Program-made: the position numbers and the translations under genes | Shown here: positions 37,882 to 47,486 of the stretch, one piece after another | How positions within the stretch are numbered: the stretch's first letter is position 1 | Layout of the letters: every line of letters begins with the position of its first letter | Source: an uncultured Gammaproteobacteria bacterium | GTDB taxonomy: Bacteria > Patescibacteriota > Patescibacteriia > UBA9934 | DNA length: 64,000 bases | Assembly: GCA_964401485.1 (NCBI GenBank) | Contig: CAYNYL010000001.1 | Span: 67,834-131,833, forward strand | Direction of reading: 5' to 3' | The notes under the pieces: generated by a model | Database searches by the model: none | Seen by the model: only the letters and a program-made list of their open reading frames with translations | Told to the model about the DNA's origin: nothing

Positions 37882-38094
37882 TCAAACCTGCTTTGCGTCA
37901 AATTCCGCGCGCATGCGTGTCATCCACTGCTCTTGATTTTCCCCAGTACGCGCCTCCATCCCCATAATACTCGCACGGTGCGCGTCATCCGACATCATAT
38001 GTCCAACCGCTTGATTCATTAACGCCTCGAACGTTTCTCCAGAAAACGTCTGGTCACAGGTCCCACCGAGCTCCTTACAGGTAAATGTCTTCAT
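37882..38094 (-). CDS. DUF1059-family small protein
   Basis: 70 aa. MKTFTCKELGGTCDQTFSGETFEALMNQAVGHM matches the DUF1059 pattern. Confidence 0.6.
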   Translation of the reverse strand: MKTFTCKELGGTCDQTFSGETFEALMNQAVGHMMSDDAHRASIMGMEARTGENQEQWMTRMRAEFDAKQV

Positions 38095-38096
38095 AG

Positions 38097-40499
38097 TTAA
38101 ATAACAAAGTTAATAAGTTTTCCCTCGATGTAGATCTCTTTCTTCGGCTCACCCGTCAAATGCTTCGCGACGTTTTCGTGGGCCTTTGCGAGCGCAAGAA
38201 TTTCTTCTTTTGCCGTACCCGTTTTAACCGTAACGCTTCCGCGAAGTTTTCCGTTAACCTGAACCGCAATTTCCATTTCGTCAGCGACCAAAAGTTTTTC
38301 GTCGTACGCTGGCCACGTCTTCGCATCAAGAATTCCCGACCCACCAATCTTCTCGAACGTCTCGCTCGCGACATGCGGAGCGAATGGACAAAGAACTTGG
38401 AGGAACATCTGCAAACTTGTTTTTTGGATTCCGCCCTGCTCGTTTACAACGTTTACAAAACTCATCATCTCGGCCACCGCCGTATTAAACCGCATAGCTT
38501 CGATATCTTCGCCAACTTTTTTCATCATCTTGTGAAGCGCTCGAGAAACATGATCCGACTGCTTTTCCTTCACGAGCTCCGGAAGACGCATAACACGGTC
38601 AAGGAATCGCTTGACTCCAACCACCCCGTTTTGACTCCATGGCGCAGGTTCTGAAAACTGACCAATAAAAAGCTCGTAGACGCGAAGCGTGTCCGCGCCA
38701 AACTCCTGTACAATCTCGTCTGGATTGACGACATTCCCCTTCGACTTACTCATCTTCGTCCCGTCTTCCGCGAGAATCAAACCGTGACTTGTACGCTTCG
38801 AGTACGGTTCAGACGTTGGAACAAGCCCCTCGTCATACAAAAACTTGTGCCAAAAACGGGAGTAAAGAAGGTGGAGCGTTGTATGTTCCATTCCTCCGTT
38901 ATACCAATCGACCGGCGTCCAATAATTAAGTTTCGCGCGATCGGCAAATGCGTTTTCATTTTTCGGATCGGCGTAGCGCAAGAAATACCAAGACGACCCC
39001 GCCCAGTTTGGCATTGTATCCGTCTCGCGTTTCGCGGGACCTGCGCAGGTTGGACACGTCGTATTTACAAAACTCTCAATTGTCGCGAGTGGCGACTCGC
39101 CGTTTTCAGTTGGTTGATACGCCTCGACCTCGGGAAGCACAACCGGAAGCTGTTCGTCCGGCACCGCTACCCATCCGTCTTTTTCACAATGCACAAGAGG
39201 GATCGGCTCACCCCAGTAGCGTTGGCGACTAAAGACCCAATCTCGTAACTTGTATTTAGTGGCTTTTTTACCGACTCCGCGAGCCTCGAGAGTATCCGTA
39301 ATTGCATTTCGCGCCTGTGTCGAATCAAGTCCATTAAATTCACCAGAATTGATCATGATACCCTCACCATCGTATCCAAAACCAAAATCTCCTTCCGTCA
39401 TATGAGGACCCAACACTACAACCTGACGCGGAATTTCTAGTTGCGGGAATCGTAGACCCATTTCCGTAACGAACCCATTATCTCTAACGTCGTGCGCCGG
39501 GACCGCCATAATCGCACCCGTTCCGTAATGTGGGAGAACATAATCCGAAGTCCAAATCGGGATTTGCTCGTTTGTCATTGGGTTTACCGCATACATCCCG
39601 GTAAACACACCCGTTTTTTCTTTTGTATCATCGCCCCGCTCGATATCGGTCTTTTTCAGCGTACTCGCGATATAGTCCCGAACTTCGTCGCTACTGTTAT
39701 TTGATAGAAGTTTATGTTCTGGGGCAATGACCAGAAAGGTTGCACCAAAAATTGTATCCGGTCGTGTTGTGAAGACGGTAAGTTTTTCTTCGCTTCCGGC
39801 AACTTGAAAATCAATCTCCGCGCCTTCGCTTTTTCCGATCCAATCTTCCTGTTGCTTTTTCACTTTCGGAAGATAGTCGACGGTATCGAGGTCTGAAAGC
39901 AAACGCTCAGCGTATTTCGTAATCGCGATCATCCACTGCTCCTTCTCTCTCTTCTCAACTGGTCCGCCACAACGCTCGCACACCCCGCCGGTCGCTTCTT
40001 CGTTTGCGAGTCCAATCTTGCACGACGGGCACCAATTAATTTCCGTCTTCGCTTTGTACGCTAAACCCTTTTTGAAAAACTGCAAAAACTGCCACTGGGT
40101 CCATTTGTAATAACCCGGGTCTGTCGTACTAATTTCACGCGACCAATCAAAAGAGAGGCCGAGCGCGCGGAGCTGGCGCTTAAAGGTCGCGATATTTGCG
40201 GCCGTCACCTCCGCTGGCGGTCGCCCCGTCTTAATCGCAAAGTTCTCGGTCGGGAGACCAAACGCGTCCCATCCGATCGGATAAAGCACATTGTAGCCCT
40301 GCATTCGGCGCTTGCGAGCGACGACGTCAAGCGCGGTGTAACTTCGCGGGTGGCCAACATGGAGCCCGGCGCCCGACGGAAATGGAAACTCAATCAAGAG
40401 GTAGTACGGCTCCTTCGCCGAGAAGTCCTCGGCATGAAAAATCCCCTCGTCTTCCCAACGATTTTGCCATTTTTTATCAATCGCGCGATGGTCGTACAT
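38097..40499 (-). CDS. leuS: leucyl-tRNA synthetase
   Basis: 800 aa with HVGHPRSY (the HIGH region) and KMSKS, plus an editing domain. Confidence 0.95.
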   Translation of the reverse strand: MYDHRAIDKKWQNRWEDEGIFHAEDFSAKEPYYLLIEFPFPSGAGLHVGHPRSYTALDVVARKRRMQGYNVLYPIGWDAFGLPTENFAIKTGRPPAEVTAANIATFKRQLRALGLSFDWSREISTTDPGYYKWTQWQFLQFFKKGLAYKAKTEINWCPSCKIGLANEEATGGVCERCGGPVEKREKEQWMIAITKYAERLLSDLDTVDYLPKVKKQQEDWIGKSEGAEIDFQVAGSEEKLTVFTTRPDTIFGATFLVIAPEHKLLSNNSSDEVRDYIASTLKKTDIERGDDTKEKTGVFTGMYAVNPMTNEQIPIWTSDYVLPHYGTGAIMAVPAHDVRDNGFVTEMGLRFPQLEIPRQVVVLGPHMTEGDFGFGYDGEGIMINSGEFNGLDSTQARNAITDTLEARGVGKKATKYKLRDWVFSRQRYWGEPIPLVHCEKDGWVAVPDEQLPVVLPEVEAYQPTENGESPLATIESFVNTTCPTCAGPAKRETDTMPNWAGSSWYFLRYADPKNENAFADRAKLNYWTPVDWYNGGMEHTTLHLLYSRFWHKFLYDEGLVPTSEPYSKRTSHGLILAEDGTKMSKSKGNVVNPDEIVQEFGADTLRVYELFIGQFSEPAPWSQNGVVGVKRFLDRVMRLPELVKEKQSDHVSRALHKMMKKVGEDIEAMRFNTAVAEMMSFVNVVNEQGGIQKTSLQMFLQVLCPFAPHVASETFEKIGGSGILDAKTWPAYDEKLLVADEMEIAVQVNGKLRGSVTVKTGTAKEEILALAKAHENVAKHLTGEPKKEIYIEGKLINFVI

Positions 40500-40510
40500 A
40501 TGTCCCTATA

Positions 40511-40885
40511 CTAATAGGAGTTGTCTTCGTCGGCAAGCATCTTGAAGGCTAGCCATTCCTCATTAGACAAGACCCGAATCAGCTCCTGCCATGCGCCGTT
40601 AGGCTTACTTGTTCGAAAAGTACTAGCGAGCAACGCTACACCCTTTAAAGTATAGACGGTTACTGGGTGACGGCGCGGATCGCACCATCGGCTCGTCACC
40701 GAGTATCTATAGTGAAATTCGACATATTCGTCTCTATTTAGGCGATAATAGTACTCCTCGGGATTTTGTAACATGCGTCTTTTTAGAGCTTGATTGATAA
40801 TTCTTGTTGGTTTTTGAAAAACTTGGGCAAGATTTTCATCTGCGACGACGTATTTTCCACGGACAAAATGGATGCGAAAAAACAT
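40511..40885 (-). CDS. ORF6N-domain (KilA-N-like) DNA-binding protein, paralog 1
   Basis: KYVVADENLAQVFQKPTRIINQALKRR matches the ORF6N N-terminal signature. Confidence 0.6.
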   Translation of the reverse strand: MFFRIHFVRGKYVVADENLAQVFQKPTRIINQALKRRMLQNPEEYYYRLNRDEYVEFHYRYSVTSRWCDPRRHPVTVYTLKGVALLASTFRTSKPNGAWQELIRVLSNEEWLAFKMLADEDNSY

Positions 40886-40990
40886 AAAACCCCCAGCATG
40901 TGCGGGGAGTTTAATTACCTTTCTAGTCTAGCGCGTTTAGATTGTTCAGCAAGCTGTAATCCACAGTCGCGGGGCGATGTGTGTCTTTTT

Positions 40991-41019
40991 TCTAGAGATC
41001 ACAAATTGTGACCTCTAGA
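40991..41019. promoter_or_regulatory. 29-bp near-perfect palindrome, TCTAGAGATCACAAATTGTGACCTCTAGA; putative operator about 105 bp upstream of ORF6N paralog 1
   Basis: 14-bp arms with one mismatch. There is no U-tract on the gdh-transcript side. Confidence 0.5.
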
Positions 41020-41044
41020 AATTTTAGACAAGCCACCCCACCTA

Positions 41045-42259
41045 TCAAACCAACCCCTTCTCTTTCCCGGCCTCTTCCAGTCGCTTTAATGCCAAGATAA
41101 AGGCTCCGCGACGGAGGTCGGTCGAATGTGCCGTAGCTGTTTCATAAACCTTAACCGCCGAATCCGCCATGGTTGCACGTAGACGCGAATCCACTTCCTC
41201 GGCCGTCCAGTGCTCGCCCTTCATATTTTGCTCCCACTCGTAATAGCTCACCGTCACGCCACCGGCGTTTGCGAGAATATCCGGGATGACGTGAATTCCT
41301 TTTGCAAAAAGAATGTCGTCGGCTTCCGGAGTCGTTGGACCATTTGCAAGTTCGAGGATAAGTCGCGCCTGAACAGCTCCCGCGTTTTGCTCCGTAAGGA
41401 CACCCTCAAGCGCGGCCGGCACAAGAAGATCGCAAGAGAGTGACAAAAGTTCATCGGGAGAAATTGAGGTCGAGCCTGGGAAATTCGCAACCTGACCCGT
41501 CTCGTCCTTCCATTTCGCAAGCGCAACAATATCAAGACCTTCCGGGTTCACGATCGCCCCCTTTGAGTCGCTCGTCGCAATAACCTTCATCCCTTCGCGG
41601 TGCGCAATCTCCGCAAACGTACGCCCTGCGTTTCCAAATCCTTGAACAACAACCGTTTGCAAATCAGTGACCCCTAGAGATTCTTTCATTGAACTTAGAA
41701 CGTACCAACCACCCTGCGCTGTCGCCGCTCCGCGTCCCTCGCTTCCGCCAGCGGGAATCGTCTTTCCGGTCACAACCGCTTTGTGTCCAAACTCGTCCGC
41801 GATCCAATCCATCTCGCGCGGAGTCGTATTTACGTCCGGCGCCGGTACATCAATTTCCGGTCCGATATAGTCTTTCATTGCTCTCGCCCATCCGCGCGTT
41901 ACACGCTCAAGTTCCGCAACTGAATAGCCCTTAGGATCGAACGTCACCCCACCCTTCCCTCCTCCGAGCGGAATTCCAACAACGGCGGTCTTCAGGGTCA
42001 TCCAAAGCGAAAGCGCGCGTACCTCGTTAATATCAACCTCGGGATGAAATCGAATCCCTCCTTTAAATGGACCGCGCCAGTTATTGTGCTGGACACGATA
42101 CGCTTCGAGCGTTACCGAACTTCCATCATCTCGCGTCACCACAAGCTCCTTTCGAATCTCGCGCATCGGCGTCTCCATCGCCGAAATCACCTTCGGATCA
42201 ACGGTTGTTAACTTCGCCGACCGCTCAATCTGATTAATTGCATTTTCAAAAGCATTCAT
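41045..42259 (-). CDS. gdhA: glutamate dehydrogenase (Glu/Leu/Phe/Val dehydrogenase family)
   Basis: GGGKGGV catalytic glycine-rich motif and a C-terminal Rossmann fold. Confidence 0.85.
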   Translation of the reverse strand: MNAFENAINQIERSAKLTTVDPKVISAMETPMREIRKELVVTRDDGSSVTLEAYRVQHNNWRGPFKGGIRFHPEVDINEVRALSLWMTLKTAVVGIPLGGGKGGVTFDPKGYSVAELERVTRGWARAMKDYIGPEIDVPAPDVNTTPREMDWIADEFGHKAVVTGKTIPAGGSEGRGAATAQGGWYVLSSMKESLGVTDLQTVVVQGFGNAGRTFAEIAHREGMKVIATSDSKGAIVNPEGLDIVALAKWKDETGQVANFPGSTSISPDELLSLSCDLLVPAALEGVLTEQNAGAVQARLILELANGPTTPEADDILFAKGIHVIPDILANAGGVTVSYYEWEQNMKGEHWTAEEVDSRLRATMADSAVKVYETATAHSTDLRRGAFILALKRLEEAGKEKGLV

Positions 42260-42262
42260 AGA

Positions 42263-43024
42263 CTAGGTTCGTAATTTATAGCCCGTACCAAAAATTCTAC
42301 TCGCGATGCTAAAGGTGACAAGGGCAATCGTTCCGGTCACCGCGAGAGAAAGCCAAATCGACGCATCGCCATAACCGAGAAAACCGTAGCGGAATCCGTC
42401 GACGAAGTAAAAGATCGGATTAAATCGAGAGATGATCTGGATTTGCTCCGGAAGCATGTCAACCGAGTAGAACACCCCTCCAAGGTAGATAAGTGGGGTA
42501 AGAATGAACGTAAGCACCATCGATGATTGGTCAAACGTCTTTGCAAAAATCGCAACAATAATTCCAAGCGACGCAAAAATGATCCCGATTAGTAGCGCAA
42601 AAATCGGAATCCAAACCGCTTGCGCAAACGGAAGGCGCGCAAAGATCATCCCAACAAGAAGCGTCACAACCGCAACCGAAATTCCGCGGACAAGCGCCGC
42701 GCCAAGATAGGCCGCGACGATATGTCGACCCTTCATCGGATAGGTTAGAAGCTCGCGAATTGCGTTCGAATACTTCGCGATCATAATCGACCCGAGCGGG
42801 TTATTAAACGCATTCATCATCAAGGCCATCGCGGCAAGCCCCGGAATAAGCACCGGCAAGTATTCGTTAAACCCTTCCGCCCCACGACTTGCCCCAACAA
42901 TCGATCCAAACAGTACAAAGTACAGAAGGTTTGAAACGATTGGCGCGCCAAGCGTTTGCATCCACACATCCATAAATCGCTTTACCTCCTTGTAAAACAA
43001 CGTCCATGTTGATCGTAAAAACAT
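42263..43024 (-). CDS. ABC-2 type transporter permease
   Basis: 253 aa with six transmembrane segments. It is coupled to the upstream ATPase. Confidence 0.7.
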   Translation of the reverse strand: MFLRSTWTLFYKEVKRFMDVWMQTLGAPIVSNLLYFVLFGSIVGASRGAEGFNEYLPVLIPGLAAMALMMNAFNNPLGSIMIAKYSNAIRELLTYPMKGRHIVAAYLGAALVRGISVAVVTLLVGMIFARLPFAQAVWIPIFALLIGIIFASLGIIVAIFAKTFDQSSMVLTFILTPLIYLGGVFYSVDMLPEQIQIISRFNPIFYFVDGFRYGFLGYGDASIWLSLAVTGTIALVTFSIASRIFGTGYKLRT

Positions 43025-43025
43025 A

Positions 43026-43934
43026 TTAGGCGCGGGTTAATGATACGAATACATCCTCGAGCGTTGGTTCAACGACCTCAAAGTGCATGACCGGAAGATC
43101 GGCGTCGGCAACAGCTTTAAGCACCGCTTTATAGTCAGTCTCATCAAACGAAAGCGTAAGCGTCGTATCGTTCACGCTCGGGGAAAATGATTCTAAAATT
43201 TTCGGGACTGTTATCTTTTCAGACAGCGCGATTACAAGTTGTCGCTTGCTACTAAAGCGCTTCTTTAACGCGTCTTTGTGATCAAGCGCAATAAGCTCTC
43301 CCTTCCCAATAATTGCAACACGGTCGCAAAGAAGTTCGACCTCCTCGAGATAGTGCGAGGTAAGAACAATCGTCACGCCCTGCTTGTTGAGTTTCCGTAC
43401 AAGTTCGTAGAGATCGTGACGAAGTTCAACGTCAACACCAGCCGTCGGCTCGTCGAGCACAAGCACCTCGGGACGATGCACCAAAGCTTTTGCGATCATT
43501 AGTCGTCGTTGCATTCCGCCGGAAAGTTGGCGCGGTTTTACATCACGCTTATCTTTGAGCGAAAGCGTCTCAAGTAGTTCCTCTAGATAATCTTCATCAA
43601 CCGGAAGTCCGTAAAACCCGAACTGAAGTCGGAGCGCATCCTCAACAGGAAAGAACACATCAAACCCAATCTCTTGCGGAACAATTCCGATCTTTCGTTT
43701 CGCGAGTGTATGGTCAACGTCAATATCGACTCCAGCGATTACCGCGCGCCCCTCGGTCTTTCCTGTAACGCCCGCAAGAATATTAATCAGTGTTGACTTC
43801 CCCGCTCCGTTTGGCCCAAGAAGTCCGAAAAACTCGCCCTTCTCGATCGAAAACGTTACCCCCTTAAGCGCCTCCGTCATCCCCTTCGGTCCCTTGTACG
43901 ACTTTTTCAGCCCCGAAATTTCCAGTGCTAACAT
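43026..43934 (-). CDS. ABC transporter ATP-binding protein
   Basis: Walker A GPNGAGKST, signature LSGGMQRR, Walker B VLVLDEPT. Confidence 0.8.
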   Translation of the reverse strand: MLALEISGLKKSYKGPKGMTEALKGVTFSIEKGEFFGLLGPNGAGKSTLINILAGVTGKTEGRAVIAGVDIDVDHTLAKRKIGIVPQEIGFDVFFPVEDALRLQFGFYGLPVDEDYLEELLETLSLKDKRDVKPRQLSGGMQRRLMIAKALVHRPEVLVLDEPTAGVDVELRHDLYELVRKLNKQGVTIVLTSHYLEEVELLCDRVAIIGKGELIALDHKDALKKRFSSKRQLVIALSEKITVPKILESFSPSVNDTTLTLSFDETDYKAVLKAVADADLPVMHFEVVEPTLEDVFVSLTRA

Positions 43935-43935
43935 G

Positions 43936-44859
43936 TTACTCTTTATGTGATAAATATCTCTCCGCTTCGAGCGCCGCTTGGCATCCACTTCCGGCCGCCG
44001 TGATCGCTTGGCGGTAGTGTGGGTCGATTACGTCACCGCACGCAAACACGCCCTCGATATTCGTCTTTGTCGAATCTGGGACATGTTTAATATAGCCCTT
44101 CACGTCGAGTTCGATCGCGTCCTTAAACAAATCCGTATTTGGTTTATGACCAATCGCCGCAAAATACCCCGTCGCTACAATCTCGCTCGCCTCCCCCGTT
44201 TTATTATTCACGGTCAATACTTTTTCAAGAGCGCTTTCTCCAACAAGTTCCGTTGGGCTCGTGTTAAAGACAATCGTAATTTTTTCATTCTTCATTGCAC
44301 GCTCTTGCATCGCCTTTGACGCACGAAGCGCTTCACCACGAACAAGCACCGTTACCTTGCTCGCAAACCGCGTTAAAAAGGTCGCCTCTTCCATCGCTGA
44401 GTCTCCTCCTCCGACAACAACAACCTCCTGATTCTTAAAGAAAAATCCGTCGCAGGTTGCGCAGGCCGAAACCCCCTTCCCCATAAGTCGCTCCTCGCCC
44501 GGAATCCCAAGCCACATCGCCGAAGCGCCCGTTGCAATAATCAAGGTCTCCGCAAAATACTCTCCACTTCCCGCCGTAACTTTGAACGGTCGGACGGAAA
44601 AATCGACCGCCGTTACCATCTCGTCTTTAACAGTCGTCCCAAACTTCTCCGCCTGACGCCGAAGATTCGCCATGAGCTCCGGGCCCATAATTCCACCATC
44701 CTCGCCCGGCCAGTTCTCGACTTCACTCGTAAGCATTAATTGCCCACCAGACTGGAGTCCCGCAAACAAAATTGGCGATAATTGCGCCCGACTCGCGTAA
44801 ATCCCCGCCGTATACCCCGCCGGCCCCGATCCAATAATAAGTGTTTTTTGTACAGCCAT
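43936..44859 (-). CDS. trxB: thioredoxin-disulfide reductase
   Basis: GSGPAGYTAGIYA, the redox CATCDG motif and a second GGGDSA nucleotide-binding site. Confidence 0.9.
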   Translation of the reverse strand: MAVQKTLIIGSGPAGYTAGIYASRAQLSPILFAGLQSGGQLMLTSEVENWPGEDGGIMGPELMANLRRQAEKFGTTVKDEMVTAVDFSVRPFKVTAGSGEYFAETLIIATGASAMWLGIPGEERLMGKGVSACATCDGFFFKNQEVVVVGGGDSAMEEATFLTRFASKVTVLVRGEALRASKAMQERAMKNEKITIVFNTSPTELVGESALEKVLTVNNKTGEASEIVATGYFAAIGHKPNTDLFKDAIELDVKGYIKHVPDSTKTNIEGVFACGDVIDPHYRQAITAAGSGCQAALEAERYLSHKE

Positions 44860-44979
44860 AAAATCCTTTAGATTTGTAGCTTATCACGACTTCCCGATTG
44901 ACAAAAGTGCCATTTTATGGTATGTTTCTTGGTTCTCGCGAAAGCGAAAACGCCTTTACAACCGCCCCTGGAGGCAGAG

Positions 44980-45606
44980 ATGAACCGCAACCACATCCGC
45001 TATAACTACTACCGCTTCTGGTACTGGTATGGCGGACTCCCCTGGATCCTTCGTCAGATCGTCGCGACAGCCGTCTTCTACGGGCTGACGTACCTGCTGG
45101 TCGGTCACTCGACCGTCCGGTGCTTCGTCGATGGCGAGGAAGTCGTCGGTCAGTGCCGAGTCCTGAACTTCAAGGGTGAGGAGATCGGAACCGCACCGCT
45201 GACGCGTCGACTCGAGTTCGGCTGGGGAACCGTTACCGTCTACCCACCCAAGGACGCCGTCGTCAACACGGAATACATCGGGTGGGGCTGGATCTCGACC
45301 GGCATCGGGAACGACATCGGCGCCTTCCTCGGAGTGACCCCACCATTCGATGCGCGATTCGAGACGCTCGAGGCGCAGACGCACATCACCTGCACCGTCA
45401 ACGGCGACCCCCAGAACTGCGAGGTGGAGCTCAACGGCAGTCACCTCGGAGTAACGCCAGTCGAGCAGGCGCTCGGCGTCGGCGAGTTCCGGGTCACCGT
45501 CTACCCGCCCGACTGGGCGGAGACGACAATCGCCCATCAGGAATGGACACTCGCAAGCCCGAACGGCGAAGGCCAGAACCTCGTCGCCGAGTTCGAGGGT
45601 TTCTAA
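44980..45606 (+). CDS. membrane-anchored protein with two PEGA-like repeats, in a GC-rich insert
   Basis: GGAGG RBS. One N-terminal transmembrane helix. Internal repeat ...G.TP.......G...VTVYPP(K/D)... occurs twice. GC is about 62%. Confidence 0.55.
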   Translation: MNRNHIRYNYYRFWYWYGGLPWILRQIVATAVFYGLTYLLVGHSTVRCFVDGEEVVGQCRVLNFKGEEIGTAPLTRRLEFGWGTVTVYPPKDAVVNTEYIGWGWISTGIGNDIGAFLGVTPPFDARFETLEAQTHITCTVNGDPQNCEVELNGSHLGVTPVEQALGVGEFRVTVYPPDWAETTIAHQEWTLASPNGEGQNLVAEFEGF

Positions 45607-45616
45607 CTTCTCGACA

Positions 45617-45672
45617 CCAACGGCCCCGCTGCCGGCAAGACACCTCGTGTCTCTCGCTGGCGCGGGGTGTTT
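45617..45672 (+). terminator. GC-rich intrinsic terminator after the PEGA gene
   Basis: CCCCGC...long imperfect stem...GCGGGG followed by TGTTTTGTT. Confidence 0.45.
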
Positions 45673-45704
45673 TGTTATGCTACGGTTTCTTTCGAGGAGG
45701 GTTC

Positions 45705-46067
45705 ATGCCAAATTTTCAGGGAATTCTTCAGTTCCTTTTAGAGGCGGTAGAACTTCAACTTCGTCTTACAATCGAGTGCCTCCTGGATCTCAAGGCGCGA
45801 ATGCGTCAGTTCACCCGAGGTGATCAGCTGGCGCACTACCGTGCCGACACCCCCTGGACCGGACCATCGATAGACCTGCTGTCCCAACTCATTCCGCTCG
45901 AGAAAGCTCGCAGGAGACATCGCGCAAGGCGCCGATCACTTCTTCGGCTCGCGCGCGCGATCCGGTCAACGCTACGGCGCCATCACGTCGTGCGTCCAAC
46001 GGTCGAGCACTACATCGGTCGGATGGAGCGACTCCACCCGCAATTCTTCACCCCTCGCTTCTCGTAG
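45705..46067 (+). CDS. hypothetical Arg-rich protein of 121 aa
   Basis: The ATG is preceded by GAGGAGGG. The ORF track's longer 45282 version comes from an overlapping frame. Confidence 0.4.
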   Translation: MPNFQGILQFLLEAVELQLRLTIECLLDLKARMRQFTRGDQLAHYRADTPWTGPSIDLLSQLIPLEKARRRHRARRRSLLRLARAIRSTLRRHHVVRPTVEHYIGRMERLHPQFFTPRFS

Positions 46068-46166
46068 CCGGGGGTTTTCGTTTTTCATGAAAATAAAAGA
46101 CGCCGGCCGTGAATCAGCCGACGTACACACGAACGCCCCGGGCTCAGATGAACCTGGGGCGAGAAA

Positions 46167-46781
46167 CTAGAGACGCTCGGAGCGCCGGATGCGCAGGGAA
46201 CGGTGGATACGATCGACCAACGGAAACCGCCGAGCAACGAACGCCTGGAGCGTAGGGATGATCTGTCCCTTTGCCGACGACCGGTCGAGATGGACCGTCT
46301 CGATCGTCACCTGACCGAGATGGTCCTCGGCGTAAATCGCGACCTTGAGAGCGCGTAGCGTATCACAGAAGATGACGACCTCTCGCTCGCCCTCGGCAAC
46401 CCCCCTGTCACGCAGAATCTGCGCGGCATTCGAAAGATTATCGGGCGTAGTATAAGCGTCATCATCGAGGATGCAACGCGCACCGATCCCGGGCGCACGG
46501 CGGCCGATCTGATCCCGCATGAGATCCGCCTCGGACTCACCGGGCGCCGACAGCCGCTGCGTATATCCCCCGCTCACAATGATGAAATCCGGATTCCACT
46601 CCCGAGCAAACTGCACCACTCGGTCAAGGTACCGCTCCAAACCGGGCGACACATAACACCCATACCCGCACACAAGAAGCACCTTCTTCACAACCGCCTC
46701 CAAAGCAATCCTTCTCTCACCACCAAGACTATCTTGATGATGAAAGCTAGACGGGCCGGCGGCAGAAAGCCACCGACCCAC
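46167..46781 (-). CDS. DUF218 (YdcF/ElyC/SanA-like) domain protein
   Basis: VLLVCGYGCY...IIVSGGYTQ...ESEADLMRDQI pattern. The start is GTG. GC-rich. Confidence 0.5.
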   Translation of the reverse strand: MGRWLSAAGPSSFHHQDSLGGERRIALEAVVKKVLLVCGYGCYVSPGLERYLDRVVQFAREWNPDFIIVSGGYTQRLSAPGESEADLMRDQIGRRAPGIGARCILDDDAYTTPDNLSNAAQILRDRGVAEGEREVVIFCDTLRALKVAIYAEDHLGQVTIETVHLDRSSAKGQIIPTLQAFVARRFPLVDRIHRSLRIRRSERL

Positions 46782-46808
46782 GTGTTCGGAATGCGTCGAC
46801 TCCGTAAC

Positions 46809-47426
46809 CTACCGGAAGGCACGCAGAATGATGTCGAGCCCAAAATCACCGAGCTCCTCGCGAATCCGCGCAAACTCCTCTGGCTCCTCGAGCCCCAAGC
46901 CGCACTCCTTCGCTTCAGCGACAAGTCGCCACAGCGTACGAAGATCCTCGATCGGAAGATCCGGCAAATCGGCCGTCGTCTTCCGGAAGTCGTTCACCAG
47001 CTGCTTCAGTGAGAAGTAGACGTGCGGCATGCGCTCGATCGTTCCGTCGTCGAAGGCCTTGCAGATGTTGCCGTGCGGCACCTCTTGGTGCTCATTGCAC
47101 CCGTGCAAGCGGAAGCAAGACTTCGTGACGAATTCCCCCGTACCCGCGCGGACCAGCTTGTCGACCACATCCCCGAAGGTCTGACAGATCGGAAGATCCG
47201 TGATCTTGGAGATGATTTCCTCGGCCTCAAGCGCGGTGATTTCACCCGCGCTCAAAATGTCATGAATCTTCGCGAACCCGACCTCGCGGGAGCTGATGAC
47301 AAGGTTTCGGATCTTGCCGGTCTTGATGCTCTCGACCGCCAGAGCGAACGTCCGAACCCCAGCCTGGTTCAAAAATGACGCCCGAACCAGCTCAAACATT
47401 GCCCAACCCATGACAAACTCCATGCG
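46809..47426 (-). CDS. hypothetical Cys/His-containing protein
   Basis: The start was chosen at MEFVMGW, at 47426, because positions upstream of it are occupied by the trxA terminator hairpin at 47487-47520. Confidence 0.4.
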   Translation of the reverse strand, partial: RMEFVMGWAMFELVRASFLNQAGVRTFALAVESIKTGKIRNLVISSREVGFAKIHDILSAGEITALEAEEIISKITDLPICQTFGDVVDKLVRAGTGEFVTKSCFRLHGCNEHQEVPHGNICKAFDDGTIERMPHVYFSLKQLVNDFRKTTADLPDLPIEDLRTLWRLVAEAKECGLGLEEPEEFARIREELGDFGLDIILRAFR

Positions 47427-47486
47427 ACTTCCCCGGGTCGCGGATGAGAAAATGAACGTAGGGGAAAAAGGAAGATAACAAAAAAG

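Noticed and set aside
40991-41019. The 29-bp palindrome as a simple intrinsic terminator for gdh
   Set aside because: On the gdh (minus) transcript the hairpin is followed by AAAAAAG, not a U-tract. A related inverted repeat also sits upstream of the second ORF6N paralog. An operator role therefore seems more likely, though weak hairpin-only termination cannot be excluded.
45282-45704. The long 261-aa version of ORF 45282..46067 overlapping the PEGA gene
   Set aside because: Its N-terminal 140 aa are an Arg/Pro-rich out-of-frame shadow of the PEGA gene. The real gene probably starts at the RBS-preceded ATG at 45705.
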